NCBI GenBank assembly: GCA_024720975.1
Contig: JANJXX010000007.1
Coordinates: 448 to 58,117 of the forward strand
Origin: Thermoproteota archaeon
GTDB lineage: Archaea; Asgardarchaeota; Njordarchaeia; Njordarchaeales; Panguiarchaeaceae
Direction of reading: 5' to 3'
DNA: 57,670 nucleotides
The notes beneath the pieces were generated by a model. That model saw only the letters and a program-made list of their open reading frames with translations. It made no database searches and had not been told where the DNA came from. Positions within the stretch are counted from its first letter, which is position 1, and every line of letters starts with the position of its first letter. The translations under genes were made by a program, and so were the position numbers. This document shows positions 9,569 through 19,137 of this stretch, one piece after another.

Positions 9569-9643
9569 TGCCCCGGGCGGGATTTGAACCCGCGATCTCC
9601 GGCTTGAGAGGCCGGAATGCTTGGCCGACTACACCACCGGGGC
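9569..9643 (-). tRNA. tRNA-Glu(CTC)
   Basis: Cloverleaf GCCCCGG...CCGGGGCA, anticodon arm CCGGC-CTCTCAA-GCCGG, GGTTCAAATCC T-arm. CCA not encoded. Confidence 0.97.
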
Positions 9644-9726
9644 TTCAACGCTCCACCAGTAGTTTAAAACTATATCATTACTAACATTTTTAAAGAGTAC
9701 GGTTACAACTCTTTGTGTGTTATCGA

Positions 9727-11670
9727 TTAATGCTCTAAAAATTGTCTGGCGTTTGTTAAAATCTCCCTCAGCTGCCTATTACCTTTATATGGCTCATATA
9801 CTTGCCACGGAACTTTTGGATAGAAAAATCTAGAGTACTTCCCATATCGGCGATCGAGGATAAATACTACTCCGCGGTCTTTCTCGCTTCTAATTAATCT
9901 TCCTGTAGCTTGTAGAACCCTACGAAGCATGGGCGAAATTATAGTGATGAATACTGCTAAATTATGATTCTGAAGAATTCGTTCGTAATACTCTCGCCTC
10001 TTGATCAGATAAACGTTGTATTCTGGAAATGGCAAACCTGCGATTATTACGACCCTAATTAAGGTTTTTCCTCGATGCGTATAGTCAATGCCTTCAGCAA
10101 ATTTTCCTCCCGCCACAGCGAAGATTACTGCGTTAGTTTCTAATAACAACTGTACTAGAGTAGATAGCTTCGTCTTCTTTTTCTCAGTAATTATTGTCCT
10201 TTGAATGGGACCCAGTAACTGATGAATCGAGTTCATGATTGTGTAGCTAGGAAATAGTACTAGGATTCCTACGTGAGGGATTTCACTTATAATTGTTCTT
10301 ATCCTCTCAGCATACATTTGCAGCATCAGTGGTGTACGCTCAGAATACTTTGTACTAAGTTCCGTATCTACGTACACTCTCAGATTGTTCGGTGGAAATG
10401 GACTGGGAAGAACTATTGTCTCTGTGCGGTTGTAGAGGGGCTCCGTATTAAGTCCTAAGGAGATGCGGTAGTATTCAACAGGATGTAAGCTTCCAGATAG
10501 CAGCACAACACTCTTTATTTGCTGGATTATATCTTTCGCAGGCTTTGAAGGATCCAGAAGAATTAACCGATACAGATAATGTTGTTTCCCCTTTGCGTTC
10601 AGTGGTTCAATTGTAGTAATGTGTGACTCATCGGTGTAGTTCCTGGCGTAATAATCAATAAAATCGTACACTCGTAATAATTGTGATGCTAAATCTGGAA
10701 CTTCTCTAAGTAATACATACGAGGCCTCAACTAGGCTTTCGATACCTCTAAAGTCCATTGAGGAAATAATATCGGAGATGTCGACTTCGACTGCATTGCG
10801 TGGAGCTATTTCTGAGCCTTTTCGTTCTAGCTCTTCAAGTAACGTACGTGTAATATCTAGAGCTGTTTCAAAAACTTCAGACGAAACTTCTCCTTTTGAA
10901 GTAACGTTTATCCTCTCAAGCTTTTCATATATGAACCCAAGAGTCCGTGTGCTTAATTTCTTAGTGTGGGTGCTTATGATAAAATCGGGCAAATTATGGG
11001 CTTCGTCAATAACAACCCTTAGATCAGAAGTAGTCGTGTCTATGCTGAGAAGAAAATTTTCCCTGACCGCATCATCAAAGATATATGAGTAAGTTCCTAC
11101 TATTATATTGGAGATTCGACATAGGTAGCGTGCCAGTTCATATGGGCACAGCTGGTTTCTCACTCCAGCTTTGAATATTCTTATTGCAGTAGCACCACGT
11201 TCCAGTAATCTTAATGCTACGTTAGTATGCTGGGGGGTATATGCACTTCCGCGGAAGCTTGTCTCAAAGTATGGGCATTTGCCTGTGCGTTTAAGCGCTT
11301 CGCAAATCTTAATAAATACGCCATAAGGGACTGCTTGTAATTTTCTAGATTCGCTAACGACTGCACAAAGCTCCTGTTTAGATCTGATGAAGGTGTATGT
11401 CACATCAGGTAATCTTTTTCTTAGAGCCAAAAGTTCCTTAGCGTAGATTTTAGCCTGGCTTTTCGTGCGCGTGCATATGAATAATTTAGATCGAGGATTA
11501 AGCAGATGTCCAGCAAGAACAGCTATCGACTTTCCGAGGCCAGTAGCTGCATAAGCTAAACCCACTTTCTCCTTGTCAAATACATCGAAGATGAATTCAA
11601 TAAGCTGTTTTTGATAAGGTCTATAAGACGGATAGGGAAAAACATCATCGAGTCTTCGCATTGAATTCAC
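9727..11670 (-). CDS. xpd: XPD/Rad3-family FeS DNA helicase
   Basis: Q motif YRPYQ, Walker A ATGLGKS, four FeS cysteines (ELC, KIC, KCPY, LCPY), IDEAHN, EGID, QATGRLIRS. Confidence 0.93.
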   Translation of the reverse strand: MNSMRRLDDVFPYPSYRPYQKQLIEFIFDVFDKEKVGLAYAATGLGKSIAVLAGHLLNPRSKLFICTRTKSQAKIYAKELLALRKRLPDVTYTFIRSKQELCAVVSESRKLQAVPYGVFIKICEALKRTGKCPYFETSFRGSAYTPQHTNVALRLLERGATAIRIFKAGVRNQLCPYELARYLCRISNIIVGTYSYIFDDAVRENFLLSIDTTTSDLRVVIDEAHNLPDFIISTHTKKLSTRTLGFIYEKLERINVTSKGEVSSEVFETALDITRTLLEELERKGSEIAPRNAVEVDISDIISSMDFRGIESLVEASYVLLREVPDLASQLLRVYDFIDYYARNYTDESHITTIEPLNAKGKQHYLYRLILLDPSKPAKDIIQQIKSVVLLSGSLHPVEYYRISLGLNTEPLYNRTETIVLPSPFPPNNLRVYVDTELSTKYSERTPLMLQMYAERIRTIISEIPHVGILVLFPSYTIMNSIHQLLGPIQRTIITEKKKTKLSTLVQLLLETNAVIFAVAGGKFAEGIDYTHRGKTLIRVVIIAGLPFPEYNVYLIKRREYYERILQNHNLAVFITIISPMLRRVLQATGRLIRSEKDRGVVFILDRRYGKYSRFFYPKVPWQVYEPYKGNRQLREILTNARQFLEH

Positions 11671-11815
11671 GTGGATCGATATTATAACCTAAAATTTATA
11701 AATAAGTGACTTATTTAGCAGTAATAATGTTGCAGCACAAAATCGCTTGTGATTAGAGTATCTACCAGCCCATGGAAGCAGTAGTCTAGTTGCTAAAAAT
11801 TAGTTGTGATTTAAC

Positions 11816-12334
11816 ATGACAAAAAGCAATCGATTCTCTCTCGAGGAAGCTGATCAAATAATTGAAGGTGCGCTCAGAAAATTTCTTCAAGATAAATACA
11901 AACTCTTCGTCATAAAAGTAAAGCCTGGCCTATATTTTATACTGTCCGTTGAGTTCTATTTCCCACCCGCTCTTGTATCAATAGAATCAGATCCATATGA
12001 CCGCAACAAGGCATCCTATGCTGTAGTCTCATTACGCATACCCGTACCCTGTGAATTTCTTCCGGAAGCATTGATGCTCATACGCAATGTAATGATCTTT
12101 GAAGTTGAGCAATTACCAATAGGAAGTGGAGACAAGAAGATGTGCTTTCTAAATGTTGGTCTTAAAATTCACATTACAAGTATAGCAAGCGATCCAAACT
12201 GGTTCATATACATGTTAGCATGTGTCTTGAGGGCGCCTCTAAACATATATCCAAGGCTGCAAGAAAGAACTGCCGAGGAATTCAGCCGCTTGGAGGAAGC
12301 TAGGAAAGAATATGATGACTCCATGATATGGTGA
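11816..12334 (+). CDS. Hypothetical protein
   Basis: 172-aa ORF with a GTTGTGA RBS-like element upstream. No recognisable motif. Confidence 0.65.
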   Translation: MTKSNRFSLEEADQIIEGALRKFLQDKYKLFVIKVKPGLYFILSVEFYFPPALVSIESDPYDRNKASYAVVSLRIPVPCEFLPEALMLIRNVMIFEVEQLPIGSGDKKMCFLNVGLKIHITSIASDPNWFIYMLACVLRAPLNIYPRLQERTAEEFSRLEEARKEYDDSMIW

Positions 12335-12434
12335 AATGTACTCAAATTTTTATTTGGCAATTTGGCTGTTTGTGATTATATGGCATAGATTTAGGTCTGT
12401 ACACTAAGTGACACAGCCAGTAGGTGCGCAGAAA

Positions 12435-12782
12435 ATGTCAATAACCAAAGAACGAGAGATAAAAGAGCTCAAAGATGAAATCGAGCGGCAGATATCTATT
12501 GTTCAAAAGACGGGCAAGCTAAGATACGGACTGCGGAACGTCATAAGAGCCCTACAAAGGGGCGAAGCCAAAGCTATCGTCGTTGCTGAGAAAATTCCTA
12601 TCGACATGAAAAACCTCATAAAATACTACGCAGCTCTAATGGGAGTACCAATTATAGAGTTCCCTGGAACAAGTGCTGAGTTAGGAACAGCAGCAAAGAG
12701 ACCTCATATAATTGCAGCAATTGCCGTGCTTGACTTAGGTGTTTCAAAACTATTAGAATATTCAAAAGAGATCAGTCTATAG
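12435..12782 (+). CDS. rpl30e: 50S ribosomal protein L30e
   Basis: KTGKLRYG, YYAALMGVP, GTSAELG.A..RPH, D.G.S. Precedes nusA. Confidence 0.93.
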   Translation: MSITKEREIKELKDEIERQISIVQKTGKLRYGLRNVIRALQRGEAKAIVVAEKIPIDMKNLIKYYAALMGVPIIEFPGTSAELGTAAKRPHIIAAIAVLDLGVSKLLEYSKEISL

Positions 12783-12808
12783 TAATCTGGGTAGACCCCT
12801 AGTTTTAT

Positions 12809-13261
12809 ATGTTCCAAGAGCTGGGGGAAATCTCAATGGAATTAGAAGTAAACGATCCAAGACTAATCCAAATAACGACTTTCCTCGGCACGCTAGGTGT
12901 TATACCCCGTGATTTCTTCGAAACTGAGGATCGCCTATCAATTCTTCTTGATGAAGAATATTCAGATAGCCTACCAAAAATGAAAAGTGCATTAACATAT
13001 CTCCGCAAAATTGCCCACAAAGACGTCGACATAATTTTATTCTCCAATGATCTGAATCGCTTTTGTAGCTACTTATTTCATCCCGCAAAAGTTAACAAGA
13101 TAGAACTCAGAAAATCTAAGAAAGGGAGAATTTTAATAGTTCATGTAGACTTCTGGCAAAGAGGCATCGCACTAGGCAAGCGCTCATATAAGCTGCATCG
13201 GGCACGATACTTCATATCGAAGTATTTTCCCAGGATTGAAAACGTCTATATTCAAACCTAG
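12809..13261 (+). CDS. nusA: Archaeal NusA-like KH-domain protein
   Basis: FSNDLNRF...LFHPAKV and RGIALGKRS KH motif. Conserved rpl30e-nusA order. Confidence 0.8.
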   Translation: MFQELGEISMELEVNDPRLIQITTFLGTLGVIPRDFFETEDRLSILLDEEYSDSLPKMKSALTYLRKIAHKDVDIILFSNDLNRFCSYLFHPAKVNKIELRKSKKGRILIVHVDFWQRGIALGKRSYKLHRARYFISKYFPRIENVYIQT

Positions 13262-14374
13262 GTGCAATTTTTGAAAGTCAGAGTTGATGACAAGGAAATA
13301 GAAACTAGAGCAATTTTCTTAGAGGATCCCATAAATGGAATAGTGCGAATGATAGATCAAAGATTTCTCCCATGGAGACTTGTTTTCTACGATAGTGCGT
13401 CAGTCGAGGAAACATCCTATGCGATAAGAAACTTCATAGTAAGAGGGGCGCTCACAATTGGTGCTGCCGCTGCATTTGGTGCATATCAGGCAGTGCTCGA
13501 GGCGTCAAGAAACTCTACACAATTTTTGAGTGAGTTTATCAATCGCTTGGAACTCCTCAAAAACACTCGCCCGACGGCGTATAATCTTTTTCATGCGTTG
13601 AATTCTGTGTGCTCTTATGTTTCAGGTCTGGTAGAAGCCGGAGTTTCTATAAGGGATGTGGTAAAATCAGCCAGGGAATTTGCAATCAACTACGTGGAAA
13701 ACGAGATTATAGAAAAAAACAAAAAAATCGGAGAGATTGGGGAGAAGGTTATAGAAAATGAATTTAAGGTCCTAACGCATTGTAACGCTGGTGCATTAGC
13801 TGCGGTAGACATAGGAACAGCCACTGCACCGATATATTATGCGCATAGAAGAGGAAAGAAGATTACCGTATACGTCAGCGAAACCCGCCCTTGGCTTCAA
13901 GGCGCACGATTAACTGCATGGGAGCTGTCTCAGGCTGGCATAGAGGTTTATGTAATCTCGGACAACGCTGTTGGATATTTAATGCAAACCGGTGAGATTG
14001 ATGTAGTAATCGTTGGCGCTGATAGAATCTGCAAGAATGGAGACACCATAAACAAAATTGGTACATATAAAATAGCCCTAGCTGCGCATGACAATGGAAT
14101 ACCTTTCTATGTGGCTGCACCATCGTCAACAATAGATCCAACTGCAAGTTCAGGTAGAGAAGTAGTTGTCGAGGAGCGCTCAGAGGATGAAATACACTTT
14201 GTGTTTGGCGAGCTAGAAAATGGAATGCTGGCACGAGTTAGAATAACTCCAATGGATGTTAGAGCCAAGAATCCCATATTTGACATTACACCTGCGCGTC
14301 TCATAACCGGTTTCATAACAGAATTTGGAATAATAGAGCCAGATAGTATAGGAGCTATTGCTCGTCAGAGCTAA
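13262..14374 (+). CDS. mtnA: S-methyl-5-thioribose-1-phosphate isomerase
   Basis: IDQRFLP, VRGA, TRPTA.NL, LTHCNAGALA, ETRPWLQGARLTAWEL, GADRI, NKIGTY. Confidence 0.92.
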   Translation: MQFLKVRVDDKEIETRAIFLEDPINGIVRMIDQRFLPWRLVFYDSASVEETSYAIRNFIVRGALTIGAAAAFGAYQAVLEASRNSTQFLSEFINRLELLKNTRPTAYNLFHALNSVCSYVSGLVEAGVSIRDVVKSAREFAINYVENEIIEKNKKIGEIGEKVIENEFKVLTHCNAGALAAVDIGTATAPIYYAHRRGKKITVYVSETRPWLQGARLTAWELSQAGIEVYVISDNAVGYLMQTGEIDVVIVGADRICKNGDTINKIGTYKIALAAHDNGIPFYVAAPSSTIDPTASSGREVVVEERSEDEIHFVFGELENGMLARVRITPMDVRAKNPIFDITPARLITGFITEFGIIEPDSIGAIARQS

Positions 14375-15192
14375 CCTCTATAGGATTGCAAAGTTCGCAG
14401 AAGATCCTCTTGTCTTCTTTCCAGTTCTGTTAGTGCTGTACGGTACTCAGATATCGCTGGCTTCAGGATATCCAACGGTGGTGGTGAATTATTATTTCCT
14501 AGCCAGCTGTGTAGAATCTCGAGAGTGTGTCTGAGCATATCGAGCTTGAGAAGATTTTTCTGCATCATGAAGTTAGCGATGATTACAACGTTCCTCAGGT
14601 AATTATCGTCTACTAAGATGCCATTCCTTGTACGAACTGGCAAATGCATTTTCTCGGTACTAGTAAGATCCATATTAATAAATCCTGCTCTTGGATTTAT
14701 TGATCTTATTCCCGAATCTTTCAAATTTAGGAGGCGTGCAGCTTTTAAGAAGAATTCCGCCCACTCCATTGATGCTACAGAAAAAGCAATTATAAACGAG
14801 TCAAATTTGAGCCAGAGTATGTTCTTTGGTTCGTAGTTTTCTATCGAGGCTTTAACCTCCTCATAGTCCGCTAATTGATGCCAAATGCGGACTTTCTTGC
14901 TTTCGTACTTTGGACCAATCAGGGGTGCATCTATCAAGAGTATCCTGCCCGAGCAGGAGCTTGTAGTAAAGCAAAAGTACATGCTGTTAAGTAAGTTTAG
15001 ATGAGGTATAATGTACTTGTCAACTTCACCTTTCTTGATGGCGTCATTAAGTTTTGCAAGCATATAATTTTTCCTATTCAAGAAGTTCTTGTAGTTAAAT
15101 CTCACGACGCTTTCTATTATTCGTCTCAATTCGATCACATATTCGTTGCTGATGATGTATCTATATTCACTTGTTAAATCCAGGTTAGTCAT
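14371..15192 (-). CDS. taw3: tRNA wyosine-derivative methyltransferase Taw3/TYW3
   Basis: GEVD..I...L..LN and FTTSSCSGRI signature. Confidence 0.9.
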   Translation of the reverse strand: MTNLDLTSEYRYIISNEYVIELRRIIESVVRFNYKNFLNRKNYMLAKLNDAIKKGEVDKYIIPHLNLLNSMYFCFTTSSCSGRILLIDAPLIGPKYESKKVRIWHQLADYEEVKASIENYEPKNILWLKFDSFIIAFSVASMEWAEFFLKAARLLNLKDSGIRSINPRAGFINMDLTSTEKMHLPVRTRNGILVDDNYLRNVVIIANFMMQKNLLKLDMLRHTLEILHSWLGNNNSPPPLDILKPAISEYRTALTELERRQEDLLRTLQSYRG

Positions 15193-15205
15193 ATTTATTC
15201 AGGGG

Positions 15206-16444
15206 ATGAACGTGCGTGTTTATTCTGTCCTTCCACAGATCAGATACTCTATAATAAGAAGTATATCAGAGAAAGTGGCTGCAATTAATAAATCATTACC
15301 CCCGGAACAACAGGTAATTGATTTAACGATGGGCCAGAATATGATAGGTGATCCGACATGCATCTTTAGGAAAATAGCATTCCTGAGAGACACTAAAGTG
15401 CCGCCTTTTACCTATGCGCCATCACTAGGAACAATTTCCGCGAGGGAATCCGCGAGCAATTTTTATGATCTATGGTTTAAGGTAAAGTTAGAGACAGACT
15501 GGATAATGATAACAGACGGAGGTATGGGTGCGCTCAGAAATGCCTTGTGTTCTGTCGTAAATGATGGTGACATTGTAGTTATCGACCCATTTACATTTAC
15601 TTACCCGCTTGATACACTCAGAGTTTTCGGTCGAAAATTTAGGGTTGAGGTATTGAATTCAAGTGAGGACTTACATTTTGTTCCATCAGCCGATACTGTA
15701 ATAGAATCTCTGGGTTCTCTTTCACAAAGGAATTCAGATAAAATGATTATCTATTATACCCAACTTGGCTTCAATCCGCAAGGTGCCTTCAGACCGAGAA
15801 ATGAACTGAAGAAAATTGTTGAGTTTGTGGATGACTCCAAAAATGTTGTACTCGTGAATGACATCGTATATCATCTGATACGCTTTGATAAGTTTGAAAT
15901 GCCCCTTACCTCGATTATGAGTAGTGAAGGAAGGAATATCTTTGATTGTGATGCCCTCAGTAAACCTTTCTCACTAATGGGATGTCGAGTTGGGGCTATG
16001 ATTACCCGGGACAAAGAACTCTTCGAAGCGGCTGCTAAGATTCAGCAATACTCTATCGTATCTCCAAACGTAATAGCATGTGAAATTTGGAATGTCGTTG
16101 GTAACCCCGAGAACTTCGTTGAGATAGAGAGAGCCGTAAAAGAGCTCAATCAAAAGTTAAGGGAGAATTTCGAAATCACTAGAAAGACTCTGGAAAAATT
16201 GGGCTTGCATTCAATATCGCCTGGACAAGGTACACTGTATGTCTTCATAAGAACCCTAGAAGACTCAGAAAAATTTGTCTATAACCTGATCGAACGTGCC
16301 AAGGTTGCTCTAGTACCTGGTACGGCATTCGAGCTCACTCCAAAAAATGGACACAAGTATGCAAGAATAACAATTTCAGTTCCAAGAGATTTGCTACAAA
16401 AAGCATTGGAGCGTATTGAATGTTATATAACCCAAGCAACTTAA
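15206..16444 (+). CDS. PLP-dependent aminotransferase class I/II
   Basis: NPQG, NDIVY, ALSKPFSLMGCRVG (PLP lysine), LVPGTAF. Start set at ATG 15206. Confidence 0.88.
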   Translation: MNVRVYSVLPQIRYSIIRSISEKVAAINKSLPPEQQVIDLTMGQNMIGDPTCIFRKIAFLRDTKVPPFTYAPSLGTISARESASNFYDLWFKVKLETDWIMITDGGMGALRNALCSVVNDGDIVVIDPFTFTYPLDTLRVFGRKFRVEVLNSSEDLHFVPSADTVIESLGSLSQRNSDKMIIYYTQLGFNPQGAFRPRNELKKIVEFVDDSKNVVLVNDIVYHLIRFDKFEMPLTSIMSSEGRNIFDCDALSKPFSLMGCRVGAMITRDKELFEAAAKIQQYSIVSPNVIACEIWNVVGNPENFVEIERAVKELNQKLRENFEITRKTLEKLGLHSISPGQGTLYVFIRTLEDSEKFVYNLIERAKVALVPGTAFELTPKNGHKYARITISVPRDLLQKALERIECYITQAT

Positions 16445-16514
16445 ACCTCAGTTTTTAAAATTAAGAGATTTTGTTGTTATTTCATATAACCTCGAAGGTC
16501 AAAGGTGCGCTACT

Positions 16515-16871
16515 TTGCCCGGCGAAAAATTTTGGGGAACCACGTTTATTCTGGTTGCAATCTTAATCAGCTGCGTTTGGACAGTAGGACTTATAGGATT
16601 AGTCGCTGCCTGGTTCTATAAAATCAGCCTAGAAGAGCTGCTATTTAGTGGAACCAAAATCTGGATTATACAGGTACCGCCTCTTATATGGCTCTTGTAT
16701 CTTCCTATATGGGTTGCTGTAGTGTTAGTTGGACTCATCCTCGGCTGGGTTGGGGTTTCTCTAATAAAAACCCCACCCCTAGAAGAAGTAAATGTAGAAG
16801 AGCTGGAAAAAGAGATTGAGAAAGAGGCCGAGAAGTTAAAGTCGGAAGAACAGAAAACCAGCGGAAGCTGA
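16515..16871 (+). CDS. Two-TM membrane protein with acidic tail (DPM2/PIG-P-like pattern)
   Basis: Two hydrophobic helices followed by KTPPLEE and a charged tail. Confidence 0.7.
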   Translation: MPGEKFWGTTFILVAILISCVWTVGLIGLVAAWFYKISLEELLFSGTKIWIIQVPPLIWLLYLPIWVAVVLVGLILGWVGVSLIKTPPLEEVNVEELEKEIEKEAEKLKSEEQKTSGS

Positions 16872-16931
16872 CGAAGTAAAAGATTTTTTGTGTCTTTACA
16901 TATTATCAAACATACTTCTTGTTTTTAGCGG

Positions 16932-16982
16932 CTGATGAGACGAACTCACTCTGAACTGCGGGATGATGGCTGGTATCGCTGA
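16932..16982 (+). ncRNA. Box C/D guide sRNA
   Basis: CTGATGA-GACGAACTCACT-CTGA-ACTGC-GGGATGA-TGGCTGGTATCG-CTGA, with two 12-nt guides. Confidence 0.85.
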
Positions 16983-16988
16983 TACGAA

Positions 16989-17234
16989 ATGAGAGCCGAT
17001 GACGCGAGGCAAAAATTGACACAAATTGTGAGCAGTATAGGAGATCAAACCCTTCAAAAGAGAGCTATTAAAGCGCTATCTGATTATCTAAAAACTCGAA
17101 ACATCGTTGAGAAAAGAGTCTATCGAGCAAGGGTTATAACATTTTATGCAGAGTGGCTCAAAAAACAAAATGACGTGGACAGAAAGGAGAAAATTTCTCT
17201 ACTCAAAAAATTGTTACATCTAGTTAGAAAATGA
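16989..17234 (+). CDS. Small hypothetical basic helical protein
   Basis: 81-aa ORF overlapping the taw2 start by 4 nt (ATGA). Confidence 0.65.
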   Translation: MRADDARQKLTQIVSSIGDQTLQKRAIKALSDYLKTRNIVEKRVYRARVITFYAEWLKKQNDVDRKEKISLLKKLLHLVRK

Positions 17235-18064
17235 GGCTTAAGGAAAAAATCCTCCAGGAACTTCAAGGAAGAATTCCGGAGAAACTTCTCGATGGTATTC
17301 CCTCTAGGTATCCGATAATAGGCAATGCTTTAATCCTGCGACTTAAGGAACAACTAATGAAATACGGTGAAGAGATAGGCAATACTATTCTGAAGTTGCT
17401 ACCAAACGTAAAAAGTGTTTGGGCAATCGAAACAACTAAGGGTATACTAAGGCAGCCAAGGGTTCGATTTCTAGCGGGAGATAGGAATCCAGTAGTGTTT
17501 CACAAAGAGCTAAATACAATATTCAAAGTCGATATAGAGAGGCTTACATTTTCGCCGGGGAATAGGGAGGAACGAAAAAGATTACTTAAGATTGTAAGAC
17601 CTTCTGAGGTCGTTGTTGATCTATTTGCCTGTGCTGGTAATTTATCGCTTCCGATTGCAGTCAACATTGATATAAAGAGGTTGTATGCAGTGGAAATAAA
17701 TCCGTACGCTTTTCGTTTCCTGGTTGAAAATGTAGTGCTCAATAATGTGCAAAACAAAGTGGTTGCTATCTTCGGTAATAACACAAAATTCATGATGAGG
17801 GATATAGGCGATCACGTATTTATGGGATTTCTTCCGGATCAAACACCCGAGCAATTGCTTGTTGCACTCAATGCTGTTAAAGATGGAGGATTGATTCATT
17901 ATCACACGCTTGTAACCAAAGGTGAAGAACAAATAAAATCAGGCAAAATAATCGAGCGAATTTTGGGTCTGGGTTATAGACCATTACTGATAGAACAGCA
18001 AGTTGTTAAAAGTTACTCTCCATCAAAGAATCACGTTGTTTATAGAATCAGAATACAGAAATAG
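17231..18064 (+). CDS. taw2: Trm5/Taw2 (Met-10+) family SAM-dependent transferase, probably Taw2
   Basis: FSPGNREERKR, VVDLFACAG, VEINP.AF.FL.EN, GGLIHYH, VVKSYSP. Confidence 0.8.
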   Translation: MRLKEKILQELQGRIPEKLLDGIPSRYPIIGNALILRLKEQLMKYGEEIGNTILKLLPNVKSVWAIETTKGILRQPRVRFLAGDRNPVVFHKELNTIFKVDIERLTFSPGNREERKRLLKIVRPSEVVVDLFACAGNLSLPIAVNIDIKRLYAVEINPYAFRFLVENVVLNNVQNKVVAIFGNNTKFMMRDIGDHVFMGFLPDQTPEQLLVALNAVKDGGLIHYHTLVTKGEEQIKSGKIIERILGLGYRPLLIEQQVVKSYSPSKNHVVYRIRIQK

Positions 18065-18083
18065 GCGCAATTGGTGAAAGGGG

Positions 18084-19133
18084 ATGCCAACAGCGCTTGA
18101 CAAGCTATTACCAAGCGAGTATCCATGGGAAAAAGAAACTCTCGTCAGAAAGGTTCTTAAGGTTGAAACGAATCCTGACTGGGGCTGCGATCCCAGGAAG
18201 CGAAAGATTCAAGACCTGCTTTACTTCGGTCTAATCATTTTGGATAAACCCCCCAATATAACAAGTCATGAAGCCGCAGCTTGGGTATCTAAAATACTTG
18301 GAGTAGAGCCTGTCGGTCATGGTGGAACGCTTGATCCAAAAGTATCTGGTGTGCTCCCTCTAGCTCTCGGTAAGGCAACGCCTTTAGCCACTTACTGGTT
18401 AAAGTCTGACAAGGAGTATATTTGTGTCATGCGATTGCATAGAGAAGTTCCAGAGGAAGATATACTTAGAATTCTCAGGGAGTTCACTGGAGAAATTTAT
18501 CAAAGACCCCCTATTAGGAGTGCTGTCAAACGTAGAACTCGAATACGGAAGATATATGATATTGAGTTTTTGGAGAGGGATAATCGCGATGTCCTGCTTA
18601 GAATAAAGTGCCAAGCTGGAACCTATATACGTAAGCTTTGTGTTGACATCGGAGATGCGTTAGGCGTTGGGGCGCATATGATAGATCTTAGACGTATAAG
18701 ATCGGGAGTGTTCTCTGAGGAATACTCAGTAATGATGCAAGAGATAATGGATGCCTACATATTGTGGAAAGAAACTGGAGATGATTCGGAATTAAGGAGG
18801 GTTATTCTACCCATAGAAGTAGGAGCTCTACATATGAAGAGGATAATTATAAGCGATAATACCGTAGGTGCGATAACGTATGGTGCACAGCTTTATGCAC
18901 CAGGCGTGGTGGCTTTTGACTACGATATTAAGGCTGGAGATGCTGTAGCTCTATTTACATGTAAGGGAGAATTAGTTGCTATAGCAGAAGTTGAAGTTTC
19001 TGGAGAGGACCTGCTTAAAATGCGCTCAGGACAGGTGACTAGAAAAATGCGAGTAATTATGCCTCGAGGGATTTATCCCCCCTTCTGGAAAGGAAAGTTT
19101 AAGGATAGTAGCCAGACTGATTCAAAAACTTAG
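18084..19133 (+). CDS. cbf5: H/ACA pseudouridine synthase Cbf5
   Basis: LDKP..TSHE, GHGGTLDPKVSGVLP, YQRPP.RSAVKR, GTYIRKLC, C-terminal PUA domain. Confidence 0.97.
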   Translation: MPTALDKLLPSEYPWEKETLVRKVLKVETNPDWGCDPRKRKIQDLLYFGLIILDKPPNITSHEAAAWVSKILGVEPVGHGGTLDPKVSGVLPLALGKATPLATYWLKSDKEYICVMRLHREVPEEDILRILREFTGEIYQRPPIRSAVKRRTRIRKIYDIEFLERDNRDVLLRIKCQAGTYIRKLCVDIGDALGVGAHMIDLRRIRSGVFSEEYSVMMQEIMDAYILWKETGDDSELRRVILPIEVGALHMKRIIISDNTVGAITYGAQLYAPGVVAFDYDIKAGDAVALFTCKGELVAIAEVEVSGEDLLKMRSGQVTRKMRVIMPRGIYPPFWKGKFKDSSQTDSKT

Positions 19134-19137
19134 TGAG

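Noticed and set aside
18084-19133. Intron in cbf5, as in some Crenarchaeota
   Set aside because: The frame is continuous through the GHGGTLDP region.
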